64,000 nt of DNA from Hypanus sabinus (lineage: Eukaryota): NCBI RefSeq assembly GCF_030144855.1, contig NC_082725.1, positions 39,680,001 to 39,744,000 of the forward strand, given 5' to 3'. This document shows, in pieces, positions 1 to 13,215 of this stretch. Made by a program: the position numbers and the translations under genes. Each line of letters begins with the position of its first letter. Position 1 is the first letter of the stretch. The notes below the pieces were generated by a model. That model saw nothing but the letters and a program-made list of their open reading frames with translations, did not search any database and had not been told where the DNA came from.

Positions 1-143
1 AAGGTAAAATATATACTATATTCTAAGTCAAACATTTGACTAACGCTAAATAATACCGGATGTACTTGTTCCGACTTACGTACAAATCCAACTTAAAAAC
101 GGGCTCGGTAAGTAACTCGTACATAACCCGGGGACTGCCTGTA
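1..143. mobile_element. End of a Tigger/pogo-like DNA transposon remnant
   Basis: Ends in ...ACATAACCCGGGGACTGCCTG|TA, resembling Tigger-type terminal repeats followed by a TA target site. Confidence 0.45.
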
Positions 144-144
144 T

Positions 145-1345
145 TTAAATACATGTTGCCAATCAAATGGGGTGCTTTGTCCTGGATAACATTAAGCTTT
201 ACTTCAGTTATGAATATTGCACTCATCTAGGCAAGTGGAGAGAATATTTCATCCCTTGCATCTTGTCTATAATGGAAAGGATTTTTGGACATTAGGAGGC
301 TTTTCCTTTGTATACCTCAATCTACTGATGTGATGAATTGATTTGTATGGATGGCATGCTAAATTACATTTATTCATTACACCTCCCTTTTAGGAGGCAA
401 GTTAATCATTGCAGGATACCCAACCTCTGTTCTTGTAGTCGATATATTTAAGACTGGGCCAGCTGAGCTTCCAGTTAATGTGGGACTCAGTGAAAGTAAT
501 GTTTGAAAGTCAAGGATAAGTGCTAAGCCTCCCTTTTGTTTGGGAATATTCCATGCCTAATGTCTTTGTGACATAAATGGTACCTATCACTTGCCAGGAC
601 ATATCTGAATATTGTGTATGTCTTGCTGCTTGCTGATGCGACTATTTAATTTGCTAAAATGCAAATTAACTGAACATTGTACAATCATAAAACATCCCCA
701 CATCTGATTTTACAATGGAAAGATCAGCTTTGAAGCAGCAGTTAAAAGATTGTAATATAGGCATTGCTCAAAAAAAAGTCAGTGATGATGGATCTGGGTT
801 GATTGATGTCCAGCAACTCCAGACATCTTTTCTTGTGCAAAATACAAGTTCAACCACTAGAATACATTTCCCATTTGGCACTCAGGGCTTCAATTTTACC
901 ATTGCTCCTTGATACACTTAATCAAATGCTACAAAGTGATCAAGTCATCAATTACGCCATCATCAATTACGCCATCAAGTGACATATCAATCAATAACTT
1001 GGTCACTGATGACCAGTTTGGGTTTATCTAGAATCAGTCCACTCCAGATCTCATAGATCAGAGAGTTGAATTCCAGAGTTGAGAATAACTGTCTTTGATA
1101 TCACTATACCTTCCATTATTCTGCCAATGATTGAGAAGACCAATTTGACAATAATTAACCAGACTGGATCTGTCCTACGTTTTGTGAACAGGACATATCT
1201 GGGCAATCTTCCACATTGCAGGGCAGATTTCAGCACTGTATTAGTATTGAAAAATGATGGAATGGCTTGGCTACATTGCTAATTCTGAAGAGTAGTCTTC
1301 AGCACTTACAATGGGATGTTATTTGGTCTTATAGCCATTACTGTG
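145..1345 (-). mobile_element. Degenerate CR1/L2-type LINE remnant
   Basis: Decayed RT-like sequence with no intact ORF; family assigned by resemblance only. Confidence 0.4.
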
Positions 1346-1761
1346 TCTATCAACTTCACCCATTTTTTCCCCAACAGAAGTTGGTATACATTAAGATTTA
1401 ATTAAAAATTATTCTGAGAAGTGAAGATTCAGAAAATAATCTCCATTTTAAAGTACACCTCAGTTAAGCTAATTATGTTTACATCATTAGTCATTATTAA
1501 ACAAAGAGTGTGCAAGTCAGAAAGCACCTGCACAGACCGAAACAGACCAAATGCTTCCAGTTGATGATGCTTCATTTCTAACTGATCTAACAATTCATCA
1601 GGAAAGGGAAGTCTTCTCTTTTTTTTTCGACACACACACACACAAACGCCATGTGAATAAAAGCAGTGTAGCAGTGCGAGAGGTAATAGTGGAAGTAGAA
1701 TAAACAGTACTATCCAAAGAGGAGCTGAGCAAGTATCAGAAAAGGAAAAAAAAATCAAGGT

Positions 1762-2612
1762 ATGGAAAAAAGAGAAACTGATTTGAATACTAAAATTGAT
1801 GAAATAGGTTGGTCAAGACTATTCCTTGACAGTATGACAAATACAATAAATGTCCGACTTAGTACAATATAATTTTTTACATCAATTATATATTACACCA
1901 CAAAAAATAAATAGATTAAACCCAAATTTATCTGATCAATGTTTTCGATGTAATCAAGAAATTGGTACTTTTTTACATTCTACTTGGTCTTGTTTTAAAA
2001 TTCAGCCTTTCTAGATAAATTTAAGAGCTTTATTGGAACAAATCATTGGAATACAACTTACACATAATTCAACATTATTTTTACTAGGTAGTATTGAAGG
2101 GATAAAACTGGAACTTAAATTGAACAACTACCAGAAAAAAATTATAAAAATTGCATTGGCAGTAGCCAAAAAGGCTATTACGGTTACTTGGAAATCAGAC
2201 TCATATTTAACTATGGACTGTTGGAATAATGAAATTTTTAGCTGCACTTCATATGAAAAAATTACTTATAATTTAAGAAATGAATATATTTCTGAAAATT
2301 TGGCATCCTTATTTACAAAAGATAGGATTAAATATGTAAGCTCTTTGAAAATAAAGTTATTAGCCATTTGGGGAAATAAATAAATATATATATTAAAGTT
2401 ATTTTCAACTCCATGGAGCATGTGGAGATCTTCTGATATCCAGGCAATCTTTTTCTTTCTTTTTCTTTTTTCTTTTTTTTTCAGATGGGGATATTAAGGG
2501 GGGGAAGGGTTAAGGGGAGGGGAGAGGGCTGATATTATACTCTACTATTCTATTATACTATTCACTCTATGTAATTATCTTAAAAAATCAAATAAAAAAT
2601 ATATTTAAAAAA
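1762..2612 (+). mobile_element. 5'-truncated L1 (ORF2 C-terminus, 3'UTR, A-rich tail)
   Basis: ORF 2033-2383 (LFLLG...IALAVAKKAITVTWKS) resembles an L1 ORF2 C-terminus; G-rich 3'UTR, AATAAA at ~2591 and an A tail; possible TSD GTATG(G)AAAAAAG. Confidence 0.75.
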
Positions 2613-3916
2613 TGTATGAAAAAAGGGTGGAGAATGAGGCTAGCAAAAATTGCCCTTGGGCAGCCAGCATGAACTTGGTTTGCTAAATGGTCTCTTCTGG
2701 GCTGTAACCTTTGCGGTTCTTTGGGGAAAAGAGACTAAAGATGGGAAATGTCAAGAATGACTAACTATTTGATATTGTGTTTCATGACTATCCCTAGAGG
2801 CAGTAACATGTAATTCAGAAGATGTGGTGCTATATTCTTCCAGCACACATTGAGCTTTGTTGGAACAATATAGCAGGTTAGAGAGACAGAAGTCAAAGGA
2901 GAAATGGGAATTGACTTACAGGGCAATGAAATCATCTTAGAGTTGGCAACAACATAGTGAATAGGATTGTGTTGCTCAATATTTACAATTCTACAAGATC
3001 AATTTAGGTCGTAGTTTGTCATTTTTTGGTCAAATTTCATCAGTACCCTCTTAACTAAAAAAATTTGAAAAATGATGTGCGAAAATGCCCATTCTGACTC
3101 TCCCTAATTATGTTAACTGAATTAACTGTACAGCAGCATCCCCTTTTTTTCTCATTTCATTAAGGAAAATCAATAATTAGGGAAACATATTTCTACAGCT
3201 CTTCAATAAACCCAACATCTCAACTGTTCTCATTGCCACAATATTCCAATCTTGGAAGCATCTTTATAAATCTTGTACCTTTGAGAGCAATCATGCCTAT
3301 ACTGTATTATATACCAAATAATGCAAGCAGTACAGATTATCCCCAGGTTACAAACACCTGACTTACTGACAATCCCTACATGCAAATGAGCTCCTATATT
3401 ATTAAACTCAGAAGTCCCACCAATACCTTTTGCATGCAGAGCGAATTTTGGATCCAATTATGCACTCTCTTGGAAAAAGCCTTCCATTTACCTTTATAGC
3501 TGTTTTCAGTCCACTTCTACTTAATTACTTATTGTAATAAAGAATTCAATTTAGAATTCACAGATTTAGCATATTTCAAAGAGCTTTAAAGACGTAATAT
3601 GAAAATTGAAAAAAGTCAAGCAAAGAAGATTAGGATCATTAATAAATTCTTGTTCAAAGAAACTGCTACAGTATTGAGGAAAAATGCTTAAACAAATATG
3701 GAAAAAATTACACAAGTAATTCTATAGAATAGACTTCTGACAACTTTAGAATCTGCCACTAACTAAAGGGAAAGCAGTAAAACAAGCTGGATTTAAAGAA
3801 ATTAAGTTTGCAAAGATTGAGAGATTTATAAATGTGGGAGATGTGCTTTAATATGACAGGATATCCTACAGTGGGATAAAGAATGGAAGGGTGAGGGCAT
3901 GAATTTCAGTTACTGA

Positions 3917-4997
3917 ATGACACCTGTCACATTGAGGGTTAATATGAGAGTAGAATTGAGCAAGTTTATCTTTAGACATATGAGCTCTATGTACAATTTT
4001 AAATTGTATTAAAGCATGTTTAGCACATATAGAAGAAGAATTAACCATTTGTAAAATTTTTTCCCATTTTTCTATTGATATATTATATTGAAGTTCTTTT
4101 TCCCATTCTTGTTTAATTCTACCTGATATTTCTGGTTGTATCTTCATAATCATATTATAAATAAAAGCCACTAATCCCTTCTGATAGGGATTTAAGGTAA
4201 AAATCATACCTAAAAAGTCCATTGAAGTTGAATTGGGGAAGGATGTCATTCAGATGTGGCTTCATTGACCCACATGTTTTGGTCATGTCCCACTTTACAT
4301 AACTATTGGAAGGACATATTTGCTACCATTTCCTCAGTTTGGAATATCGATTTACAACCTCATTTTATTACTGCAATTTTTGGTATACCAAATGAGGATG
4401 GTAATCAGTTTTCCCCTTCAATTAGACGAATGATTGCCTTTGTAACATTAATGGCCAGAAGGTCTATATTGCAAAATTGGAAAGCAGTAAATCCTCCTAC
4501 CACATTTCAGTGGCTCTCTCAAACTATTTCTTATCTGAGCTTGGAAAAAATTAGAAGCACTATTTTTGACTCATCAGTTAAATTTGAAGAAACTTGGGGA
4601 CCATTCATTCGACATTTTCATATGAATTAATTTGACCTCTCCCAGACCTTCTCTCTGTCTATTCTTGTTCTGGTATAGAGTTTTTGGCACTATCATATAC
4701 AAATAAACTGTTATTATTGCCCATGTTAGTTCACTTTAGTATTTTTTTTTCTCAATATATATTTTTTGCTTGTATTTTTACAATTTTTTCTTTTTCTTTT
4801 GACGATTATTCTTATTTTTTTCATACAATTATTATAGACTTGATTGATAATGTACTATGTTTTTCTGTTGATATCTTAATAGGATATTGTTATCCTATTA
4901 TTAATTCAATTTCAAGTCTTATGCATTTATAACCTATTCATTATTATGTTATGTTTTTTTATATATATGAAATTCAATAAAAAGATGGAAAAAGAAA
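3917..4997 (+). mobile_element. 5'-truncated, 5'-inverted L1 (twin priming)
   Basis: 3917-~4243 is ORF2 on minus (..SSSICAKHALIQFKIVHRAH..CDRCHS); 4244-4630 continues on plus (DVASLTHMFWSC..); 16-bp TSD GAATTTCAGTTACTGA at 3901-3916 and 4998-5013; same family as the L1 at 38850. Confidence 0.9.
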
Positions 4998-6204
4998 GAA
5001 TTTCAGTTACTGATTAAGCAATGGCAATTACAACTGATTTAAAGACAAAAAAATTACAGAAGACCCATTGAATTCTACGGCGTTGACTTTACTTTTATGG
5101 AATTCATTTGCAGTCAAGTGTCAATTCAAATAATGATCCCTGGGAGCTTTAATGCCATCAAGCTGCCTTAAGGCAGCTGATCAAAATGAATTTTCAGATG
5201 GCCAACCCCAGGAAGGGAAGAAGACAAATTTCTGAATTATAATTTAAACACTTTGCAAAGCGCATAACGTTAGAACCTTAACAAGGATTAAAAATATTTT
5301 TATAATAAATAAACTTCTACAATACATCCTACAAAATTAATAGGCCTTTAGAGTTTACTGTGTAATGATTACAGCTTACTAAATGAAAATATTACTGATG
5401 CTCAAAGTCTGAAATAAAAAGCAGAAGACATTGAAAACATTTTGTTGATTGGGCAATATCTATCATGGAGATGAGTTAAAATTTCATGCTAATGATCTTT
5501 CATCAGATGTCTCATTCTGATGTTCAGTGACCAAAACACAAACTATTGCTTTAACAACATACCATATATTTCCCCATCCACCAAGTATTTCTAGCTTTTT
5601 TGGCAATCACAGGATTGCATTTCACTAATACGACATTTTCAGTGTATTTTGCAAGGACAGCTTGCAAATACTTTAAATTCCCAAAATTTCACCAATTTCC
5701 ATTGATAATAGAAGTGGCTGCAAAGCACCATTAACGATAGAGCAGCACCAAATCCCTCAAGAAAACTTGTGGTTTCTGAGTTGAATCACGCATGCATGTA
5801 AATTACTAAATGAGTAACTAAATTATCATTACGTAGTGTAATAATGCCAAACCCTAATGATTTCACTGTCATTAAAATTGTAATATCCAGGCTAATGTTT
5901 TTTTAAACTTAAAGGGCTCAAGGACATGGATCCAAGGTGCATCAGTGAGGACTAAAATAAATACAGAACTTACCCTTAATGATAGAATGGCAAGTTTGCC
6001 AATAGTCAAAGCCATGAGGCTAATGGTAGGGGAGGAAGGGGAGTAATCACTGGGGTAATCAAGTCTAAAGCGATCTCTGCCAGCTGCAGAGCAAATGCAG
6101 CCCATCTCCCAGATATCAAAAAATTTGTGAAATCTTCCACCTCTATAGAACAGGGGCACAAGAATATAAAGTGGAAATTGCAAACACAATTTACTAAAGG
6201 ATTA

Positions 6205-6402
6205 ACACGAGGAAATCTGCAGATGCTGGAAATTCAAACAACACACACAAAATGCTGGTGGAACTCAGCAGGCCAGTCAGCATCTATAAGAAGAAGCACC
6301 GTCGACGTCCTGACGAAGGGTCTCGGCCTGAAACGTCGACAGTGCTTCTCCTTATAGATGCTGACTGGCCTGCTGAGTTCCACCAGCATTTTGTGTGTGT
6401 TG
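6205..6402 (+). mobile_element. Palindromic PLE-derived mini-element containing a hammerhead motif
   Basis: 14-bp TSD TTACTAAAGGATTA (6191-6204, 6403-6416); ~70-bp inverted arms around CTGACGA-AGGGTCTCGGCCT-GAAACGTC. Confidence 0.85.
6306..6341 (+). ncRNA. Minimal type I hammerhead ribozyme motif
   Basis: CUGACGA 6310-6316, stem II, GAAA 6330-6333, GUC triplet 6335-6337, short stem I GUC/GAC. Confidence 0.65.
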
Positions 6403-6821
6403 TTACTAAAGGATTAGCCAGATTAACAATGTCTAGTGATTTTTAAGTAGGTCACTGGTTTTATATTTCAAAGTTTGATGTTGTTTTCTGTTAAACATTA
6501 GCTGAACTTTTTAAAACCAGTCTGGACATTTAAATCTAAGCAGGCTTTTCTTAAAACATACAGCATGTTATTTTTTTAACCCTCCCACAATTTTAAGTGC
6601 CTAAACACCCAGGCTACTTTAATATAATGCAGTGACCTTGATATATTAAGAAAATGTGGAATTTAAGCACTGATCTTTTACAAAGGCTCATCTGGGCCTG
6701 AACTATAAAACACTTCCTTCACACAAAAAGATAATTACCACCTACCTATTAAATTGTCTCAAAATACTTAGGTCACCTTTCTAGAGTGAACAAAATCTGT
6801 TATGTAACAAGCAACAAATAA

Positions 6822-7505
6822 TCACTCTGGTTAATTGATACACATACGGACCAGTACATTTTGGTCCACTTAAGTAGCAGCACCAATTAGCTGAGGCTTC
6901 ATAGAAATAGTTAAAAAGGGATTAAAGAGAAAAACAGTAACAAATTATGTATTCAAATGAAATACAGAAAATATATTAGAACATTACCAATAGTACTATA
7001 GTACTATAAAACTGTATTTTGGTTTCCAATAGTTATCAATGGAGGGATTCATCCACTGTACCAAGGAACAAAAACAGCAGAGACACCTAGTGCAGATAGT
7101 CAACTGTTTTGATATAATACTACCCTTCAAATCTTCACTTTCATTGTAACATTCAAGATGATTGTTGATACCATCAAATTCTTTGTAGTCTAAACTTGTT
7201 GAAGTAGTGAAATTGTTTCATTTTCACTCCTGGCCTTTTCTAGCATCTTCCAAGCCTAAATGCTTGAAACCGCAGGAAGCAAAAGAATTTGAAATCATCT
7301 TACTGCTCAATGCTAGTTAGTTACTGTTGGTTAGTTAGTCGCTACTAGTTAGAACCTGTTCAGCAAATCTCCTGTCCAAATTAAGCAGCACAATGTCCCA
7401 AGTAAATGGAATCCCAGCAATTTTATCGGTGAAATTTTGTTCAAGAGTTGTCCTAAATAAGGGGCTGCCCTGATTAACCAATGGACCAATTAACAGGAAT
7501 CCAAT
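6822..7505. mobile_element. Decayed Tigger-like DNA transposon
   Basis: Imperfect inverted ends (CTCTGGTTAATTG... / ...CCAATTAACAGGAATCC). Confidence 0.4.
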
Positions 7506-9639
7506 CTTTGGAATCTGATCATGAGATTGTTTTACTGAAAACCAGGTATATGATTAATGGAAATCAGAATAACATAAGAGTTCAACTGACTTTTTTTATG
7601 CAGAGAAATATTTGATCATGAAGTACACAGCCTTTTACAAATGTGTTAAAACTAGAATTTGTATTTATATCTTGTAAGGAAAGAAGTACAGAAATAATTA
7701 AAACCAAATACTCAAAAAACAAGAAAATGAAACTAAGTCCTTTAAATAACCTGCACAAGAATCAGGTCAAAAACCATTGTATACAGTGCAAAATTTTGAG
7801 AGACTAAGCTCAAAGCAAAATATTAATCAGAGCTGGCATGTTGAATGTCAGAGAAACAAATTTTGCAAATGTTGTTCTTAAGGTGTAACTTCATTACTAA
7901 ATTCAGTGCTGCAAATCAGAATCAGGTTTAATATAATTGGCATATGTTGTGAAATATGTTGTTTTCCAGCAGCAGTACATTCAGAAGCAAAGTTAGTTAT
8001 TTAAGCACGTTTTAAAACAAAGTTTTATGATTGACTATGCTACTGTCCGTACAACCCCAGCTCTCTCAACAATTCTGGCCCTTTCAATGGACTGATGCAC
8101 TGTTTTCTTCTCCCCAGAACACTTTCTCTAGCAACCTTTTGGCAATTTATCTACTTAGCTATCTTTAATCCAGTGAGAATCATGGTTATCTAGCTATCAA
8201 ATCAAAAAAAATATTTTTTGTGTTAAACTCAGAAGTATTCCAAAAAAATTGAAGGGCGTACCCAAATAAAGCAAGACCAAGGTTTGTGTTAATAAATTGC
8301 AAGCTCACTTTTACGCCAACTACTAAAACAATGTCAGTCTAAATAACTCGCTTTCAATGACAGTCAGAGTAAATCCTCCACCATGGACATCTCATGTCCA
8401 GAGACTCATCTTGCCTGCCCTAATTAATTACCTAATAATATGGATGGATCAAAGGCAGGATATTCTATGGAGGTACAATTCACTTCCTGATTTTCCAAGG
8501 TCATTTGTGTTTACAAGGCACAAATCAAGAACATGACTGATTAATTTTCACTTATCTGATTGCAACACCAACACTCAAGCAACTTCCAGTAAATTGGTAC
8601 TTCATTCTGCATGTTAAATTTTCTCTCCTTAAATACCAGCTCATCATTATCCAGAGTGCAACACTTGCAAGATGCACTACAGTAACTTATCAAGGTTTCT
8701 TCAATGCTATTTGTGACCACAGCTTTTTCTAAAGTTTCAACAGGTACTGGGGAATGAAGATCTGAAGTTTCATATAATCCTACTGGGGAAATAATTCTCT
8801 GTACTGACACTTGTGTATAGTTACACTACACAACTGCAGCAGTACAGGATATACCACTTTCTCATATGAAATTCTGGATTGCCTAGCCAATGACATATTT
8901 GGAGTTCTGGTCATTTCATTATAGGAAGAATATGAAAACTTTAGAGAAGGCGCATAGGATATTTACCAGGATGCTGCGTAGATTACAGTGATCTAGGGCT
9001 ATTCTCTAGTGGAGCGGAGGAGGATGAGGAGTGACTAATAAACCTGAACCAATATTTTAAATAATCAAAACTCATACTTCATATCGGTATGCTTGTGGAG
9101 GCAATGCAGTGAATGAGTCAAGTCACATAATGTCAAGCCAGCATGGGAGTTAAATTACTTTATGTGAACAACAATTGTATCATGCCATAATATTGTGTAG
9201 GATGGCGACTCTTTTTTTTGCACAGAAAATAAAGTCCGCTCATTCAGCATTGTTTTTGGAGTCAAGAGGGTGGACAGGCAGAAATCCGACATCAATTAAG
9301 ACTATCTATTCAAAATGCAAGATGGGCTCGCAAGCTGTTGTTTGCCAGTAACGAATTCGAAACTTGGCAATACAAACATTGTAGTTATAAGATTGTATAT
9401 TAAGACATCATGCAAGTATATAACTTTTCGAAGAGGATGTGGCAAAGAACAGCCGTAAACACTAAAGGCACCGGAGGAGTGACGAACATCAGCCGCAGCA
9501 TTACACAATTGCGTTTATAACGGTGTGGACACGAATCCTAGTCCGCTACACAGCTGTAAAAACGTCACCCCATAATTTAGTAAGCAGAATCATGAAGTGA
9601 CAAGAAGCATGCGGCAAGGTCCGCTGCTTGGTCTTTGTT

Positions 9640-10440
9640 TTGCAGCATTACCCAGAAACGAGGACGTCGAGCGCCTCCTGGAGAAGCACATTTTGGGATT
9701 TGGGGGCACGGTTCGGGAGGGGCGGAGACCCCTGCCATGAACCAGGGAAAGATTTTGGTCAGGAATGAGAAAGAGTGAATGGTGGGGTTGCCTTGGTGAG
9801 CTTTTGCCATTAACGTGACAGCAGCAGGGAAGGGGATCGGGTGAGTATGAAAGGGCCCGGTAAACACGGGAACCGGCAGCCGTGACGCAGCAAGCGGCTG
9901 CAGCACGGCTAACCCTGACCGGGAACACCCGGGTGAAACACGATGTAAGAGATCAAGCAGACCGCACCCGCCCAACTCACAAAATTATCCCTGAAGTCGC
10001 TGTCTGGGCACAGGACATAGAAAGAAACGCCGGGATCCGCGTAGAAATCCAGGCGGCTCTCGGCCTCTTCAGTGGCGATGAGCTCGAACGGGGTGTTGTA
10101 GCACCATTTGTCCGCGATGTCGACGAACTGCTGGAATTCCATGGCCGCCGGATCTCCGGTGCGGGCGCGCGTCCTCCGTTACCTCAGCCGCGACCTCGCC
10201 CGCCGCATCAGTCTGGAATGGAGCGCGGCCCACGGAGCGCACCGCGCTTTTGTTTTATTTCTCTCGCGGTTCGTCGCTCGCCTTGTGGCGCACTTCCGCC
10301 TTTCCGACGGCTTGCAGCCGACTGCCTCCCCCTTCTTTCCCCCTCCCCCCAGTCCCGGGCGCTCGCGTTCCTTCCCCGAGCCCGAAGACCGCAGCACGAG
10401 GGCGCTGAGCAACCTGCAAGCTGGGGGCTCCATCCTTAAA
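9640..10440. promoter_or_regulatory. CpG island over the MTURN promoter and exon 1
   Basis: Sharp rise in GC and CpG content against AT-rich flanks, spanning the MTURN ATG. Confidence 0.8.
9981..10142 (-). CDS. MTURN: Maturin, coding exon 1 (54 codons); downstream exons not found in the window
   Basis: MEFQQFVDIADKWCYNTPFELIATEEAESRLDFYADPGVSFYVLCPDSDFRDNF matches the recalled vertebrate MTURN N-terminus; donor GTGAGT follows at 9980. Confidence 0.93.
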
Positions 10441-11319
10441 GCCTGTTCAATTAATACTGGGATTTGATTCTGCCGGCGATCTATTAGTTGCACATTTATC
10501 GATTTCTAATAGTGTACATTATGAACTTATGCAATTACAACATCCCATAGGCAGTGAAATAGTTTCCAACTCCTCACTATAACGCAACGAAAATAGTAGT
10601 AGTGTTGGTTCAATAGCTGGAAGAGTAGAAGTGTAATCCCTACCGTTAATTTGTGGGATTTAAATTGTTAAATAGCCATTATTTAAGTTGCCAAGTTGTT
10701 TTTATAACAGTTAAACAAATACTCTTTAATGAATACATATAAAATGCTGTTTTCTAGTCTTGCACTATTGAAAGATCTTTTTGAGTTCCTGTTTTCAAAA
10801 GCTTACCACCCCTTCAAGTACAGACAGTTTCTCCAGTGTTCAAACTGGGTAGGACTTGAAAATACACTTTAACGTCAAAATTAATAGACGTTGACCTTTT
10901 GTAATTGAAACAAATACTATACCAACATTCATTTCTTTACTCTTCATAGCACATTTCTTCAGGGGAACATCTTTTTCGTTATGCACCCAGGCAAAGGCAG
11001 ATTAATGGGAATGACCACATCCTTCAACTAATCTGAACTCTGAATATGGACATCTTTATGAACCTGCACATTGTTTTACATAACATAACTGAATAGGTGG
11101 AATTAATGCTAGTTCTTCCCATCCCCCTATACACCAATCTGACAATGATTGTGGAAGCAAAGTCATGGGCTATATTTAAAGTCTAGGTTGAAAGGATCTT
11201 GATTGCAAGAACATCCATGGTTACAGGGAGAAGGTAGGAGAATGGGGTTGAGAAGGATAATAAATCAGCATGATGAAATGGCAGAGCAAACTTGATGGCA
11301 TAATTCTGCTCCTATATCT

Positions 11320-11492
11320 TATGGAACTCAGCCAAAACCCTTCAGGACTAGAACAGAAGGGAGCAGAATCCAAAATAAGAAATTAGGTGCTGACTTCCTT
11401 TTCAGTCCTGATTCTCTTTCCCCCCTCCCCCATAAATGCTGCCTGCACTTAATGAGTTTCTCCAACTCAAGATTTCTGCAGAATTTCTTGTC
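11320..11492. mobile_element. Degenerate copy of the PLE-derived palindromic element
   Basis: GGAACTCAGC..AAACCCTTCAGGACT and TTCAGTCCTGA...ATGCTGCCTG..GAGTTTCTCCA..TCTGCAGAATTTCTTG. Confidence 0.55.
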
Positions 11493-12614
11493 ATTACCCA
11501 ATGTAGCCTATTTGTCAGTTGTGTCCTATGTCCCATAGAAACCTAATTCTCTTATAATTTAATCAGTGAAGCATTCAATTGACAACAAAAATTGCTTTTG
11601 GTTCAGGATAAACCAAACTAAATGCAGCTGGTTCAGGATACGTCATATAATCATTATAATTCTTTTCCATCTACTTAGAAGGATGGGGGAAAAAGCACAA
11701 GTCACAATTTACAAGTAGTGTAAAATTGCACAATAAATATGTATATTTCCATTAAAAACAATCTTACACTAGAAAGCAAATCCAGTATATATGTTAATAG
11801 TAGGCCAAGAAATAGGGCACTTGACACTGCATTAGGCCATTTACTGTGTTTAAGAAATTACTTGAAAGACAATATTATATAAACATTTCTTTATATGTAT
11901 TTAAAGTGTGAAGTTACTTTAAGTAAAGAAAGATGGTGAACAGGAGTTTCTTTCCTGCCCAACCCAACCTAGAACCATGAGCTGCAAGATTTCATTAACA
12001 TGACATTTGTGCTGAAACACTGTAATATTAAAATTTCAAATCTATAAATTTCTTGCTTTTCATATAAGTCTCTATCTGTTAGGCAAAACCAAAAACATAT
12101 TTAATATGGCAGGTTTGGATTGTGAGAATACAGTATTTTAGATACTAGACTTCTAAAGAACACAGAAGAATCAAGCTGCTTTACTAAGCTCACTTGCATG
12201 AAAATAACAATATGATTAAGGTGTGTTACATTGGAATAATCCTATAGCATGCATGACATAAGCAAATTGGGGATTAATATGGTCAAATGTTTAAATTTAT
12301 CGGTCTGTGACGATACTGGTACAGGTTTATATTATCAGAACTACAAATACACAAGATAATCAGATTCCTCAGGTAGCCCTGTCTAGATAGCCTCGAGAAG
12401 TTATAAATTAAGATTCTCAGATTTTTTTAAATGTAGTTGAATTTGTTTCTTATAGAAAACTGTAATTGAACAAAACATACAAAGGTGAAATAAAGGATAA
12501 AAGAACTAGAGTAGGCTGTAACACAAATAGCCTTAAAATAGTCACTAAATGGAATATTGGGGTGTCAGGGACAGGTAGCACCTCTGGTGGGGGAACATGT
12601 CACATCCTTTTCAG

Positions 12615-12702
12615 ACAACACACACAAAATGCTGGTGGAACACAGCAGGCCAGGCAGCATCTATAAGGAGAAGCACTGTCAACGTTTTGGGCTGAGACCC
12701 TT
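12615..12702 (-). mobile_element. Single arm of the PLE-derived element
   Basis: ACAACACACACAAAATGCTGGTGGAACACAGCAGGCC...GCTGAGACCCTT; truncated just before the CTGANGA core. Confidence 0.75.
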
Positions 12703-12704
12703 AA

Positions 12705-13215
12705 AGACTCTTTTCAGGCAGTTTTTCCACCTCTGGTCTCCACCTGGCACTCAGCTCTCACCTGTGGTTCCCCATAGCTGTATACATGTGACAGCAACCA
12801 CACCCCGGGCAACGGCTTCGACAAGTCGGCTAAATCAGGTGAGGGTAGCTGACGGGTCTCAAACCCTTGGTGAGATAGGGAGTTGTCTATCCCAGCATAT
12901 GAAGACAGACTCCAGCAGATTGAGTGGACAAGACCAATGGAAGGTCCAATGGTTAAGAAGGCAGTCTCTGCAAGTGTTGTGGAACGCGTAGAGCATGACA
13001 AGACACAGAAGATGTCCTGGTCATCCTCTGTGACTAGTACCATCCCCAGCCATCTCATCTCGTCTTGCCACTGGATCCAGATAGGAATTGGGAAGAGAGT
13101 GAGGCCAACGCTGCGCAACTCTCCCTTACTTAAATCCAAATCAAGCGCTAGTCTCGACACCATCATCATAATGGTGTCGAGGTCTTCATCAATGACGATG
13201 GACGAACAACCAACC
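12705..13215 (+). mobile_element. Unclassified non-autonomous retroelement (RTE-like?)
   Basis: GC-rich island with a structured 5' part and an ACAAC-repeat 3' end; no recognisable intact protein. Confidence 0.35.

Noticed and set aside
946-975. 15-bp tandem duplication CATCAATTACGCCAT
   Set aside because: Only two units with no spacers, inside a dead LINE; not a CRISPR or functional array
1-9980. MTURN exons 2-3
   Set aside because: No HVWSESEDCLPFLQLAQDY-like coding sequence found by eye; probably left of the window
9577-10493. Several overlapping 100-185 aa ORFs
   Set aside because: By-product of stop-poor CpG-island sequence; only the MTURN frame resembles a known protein
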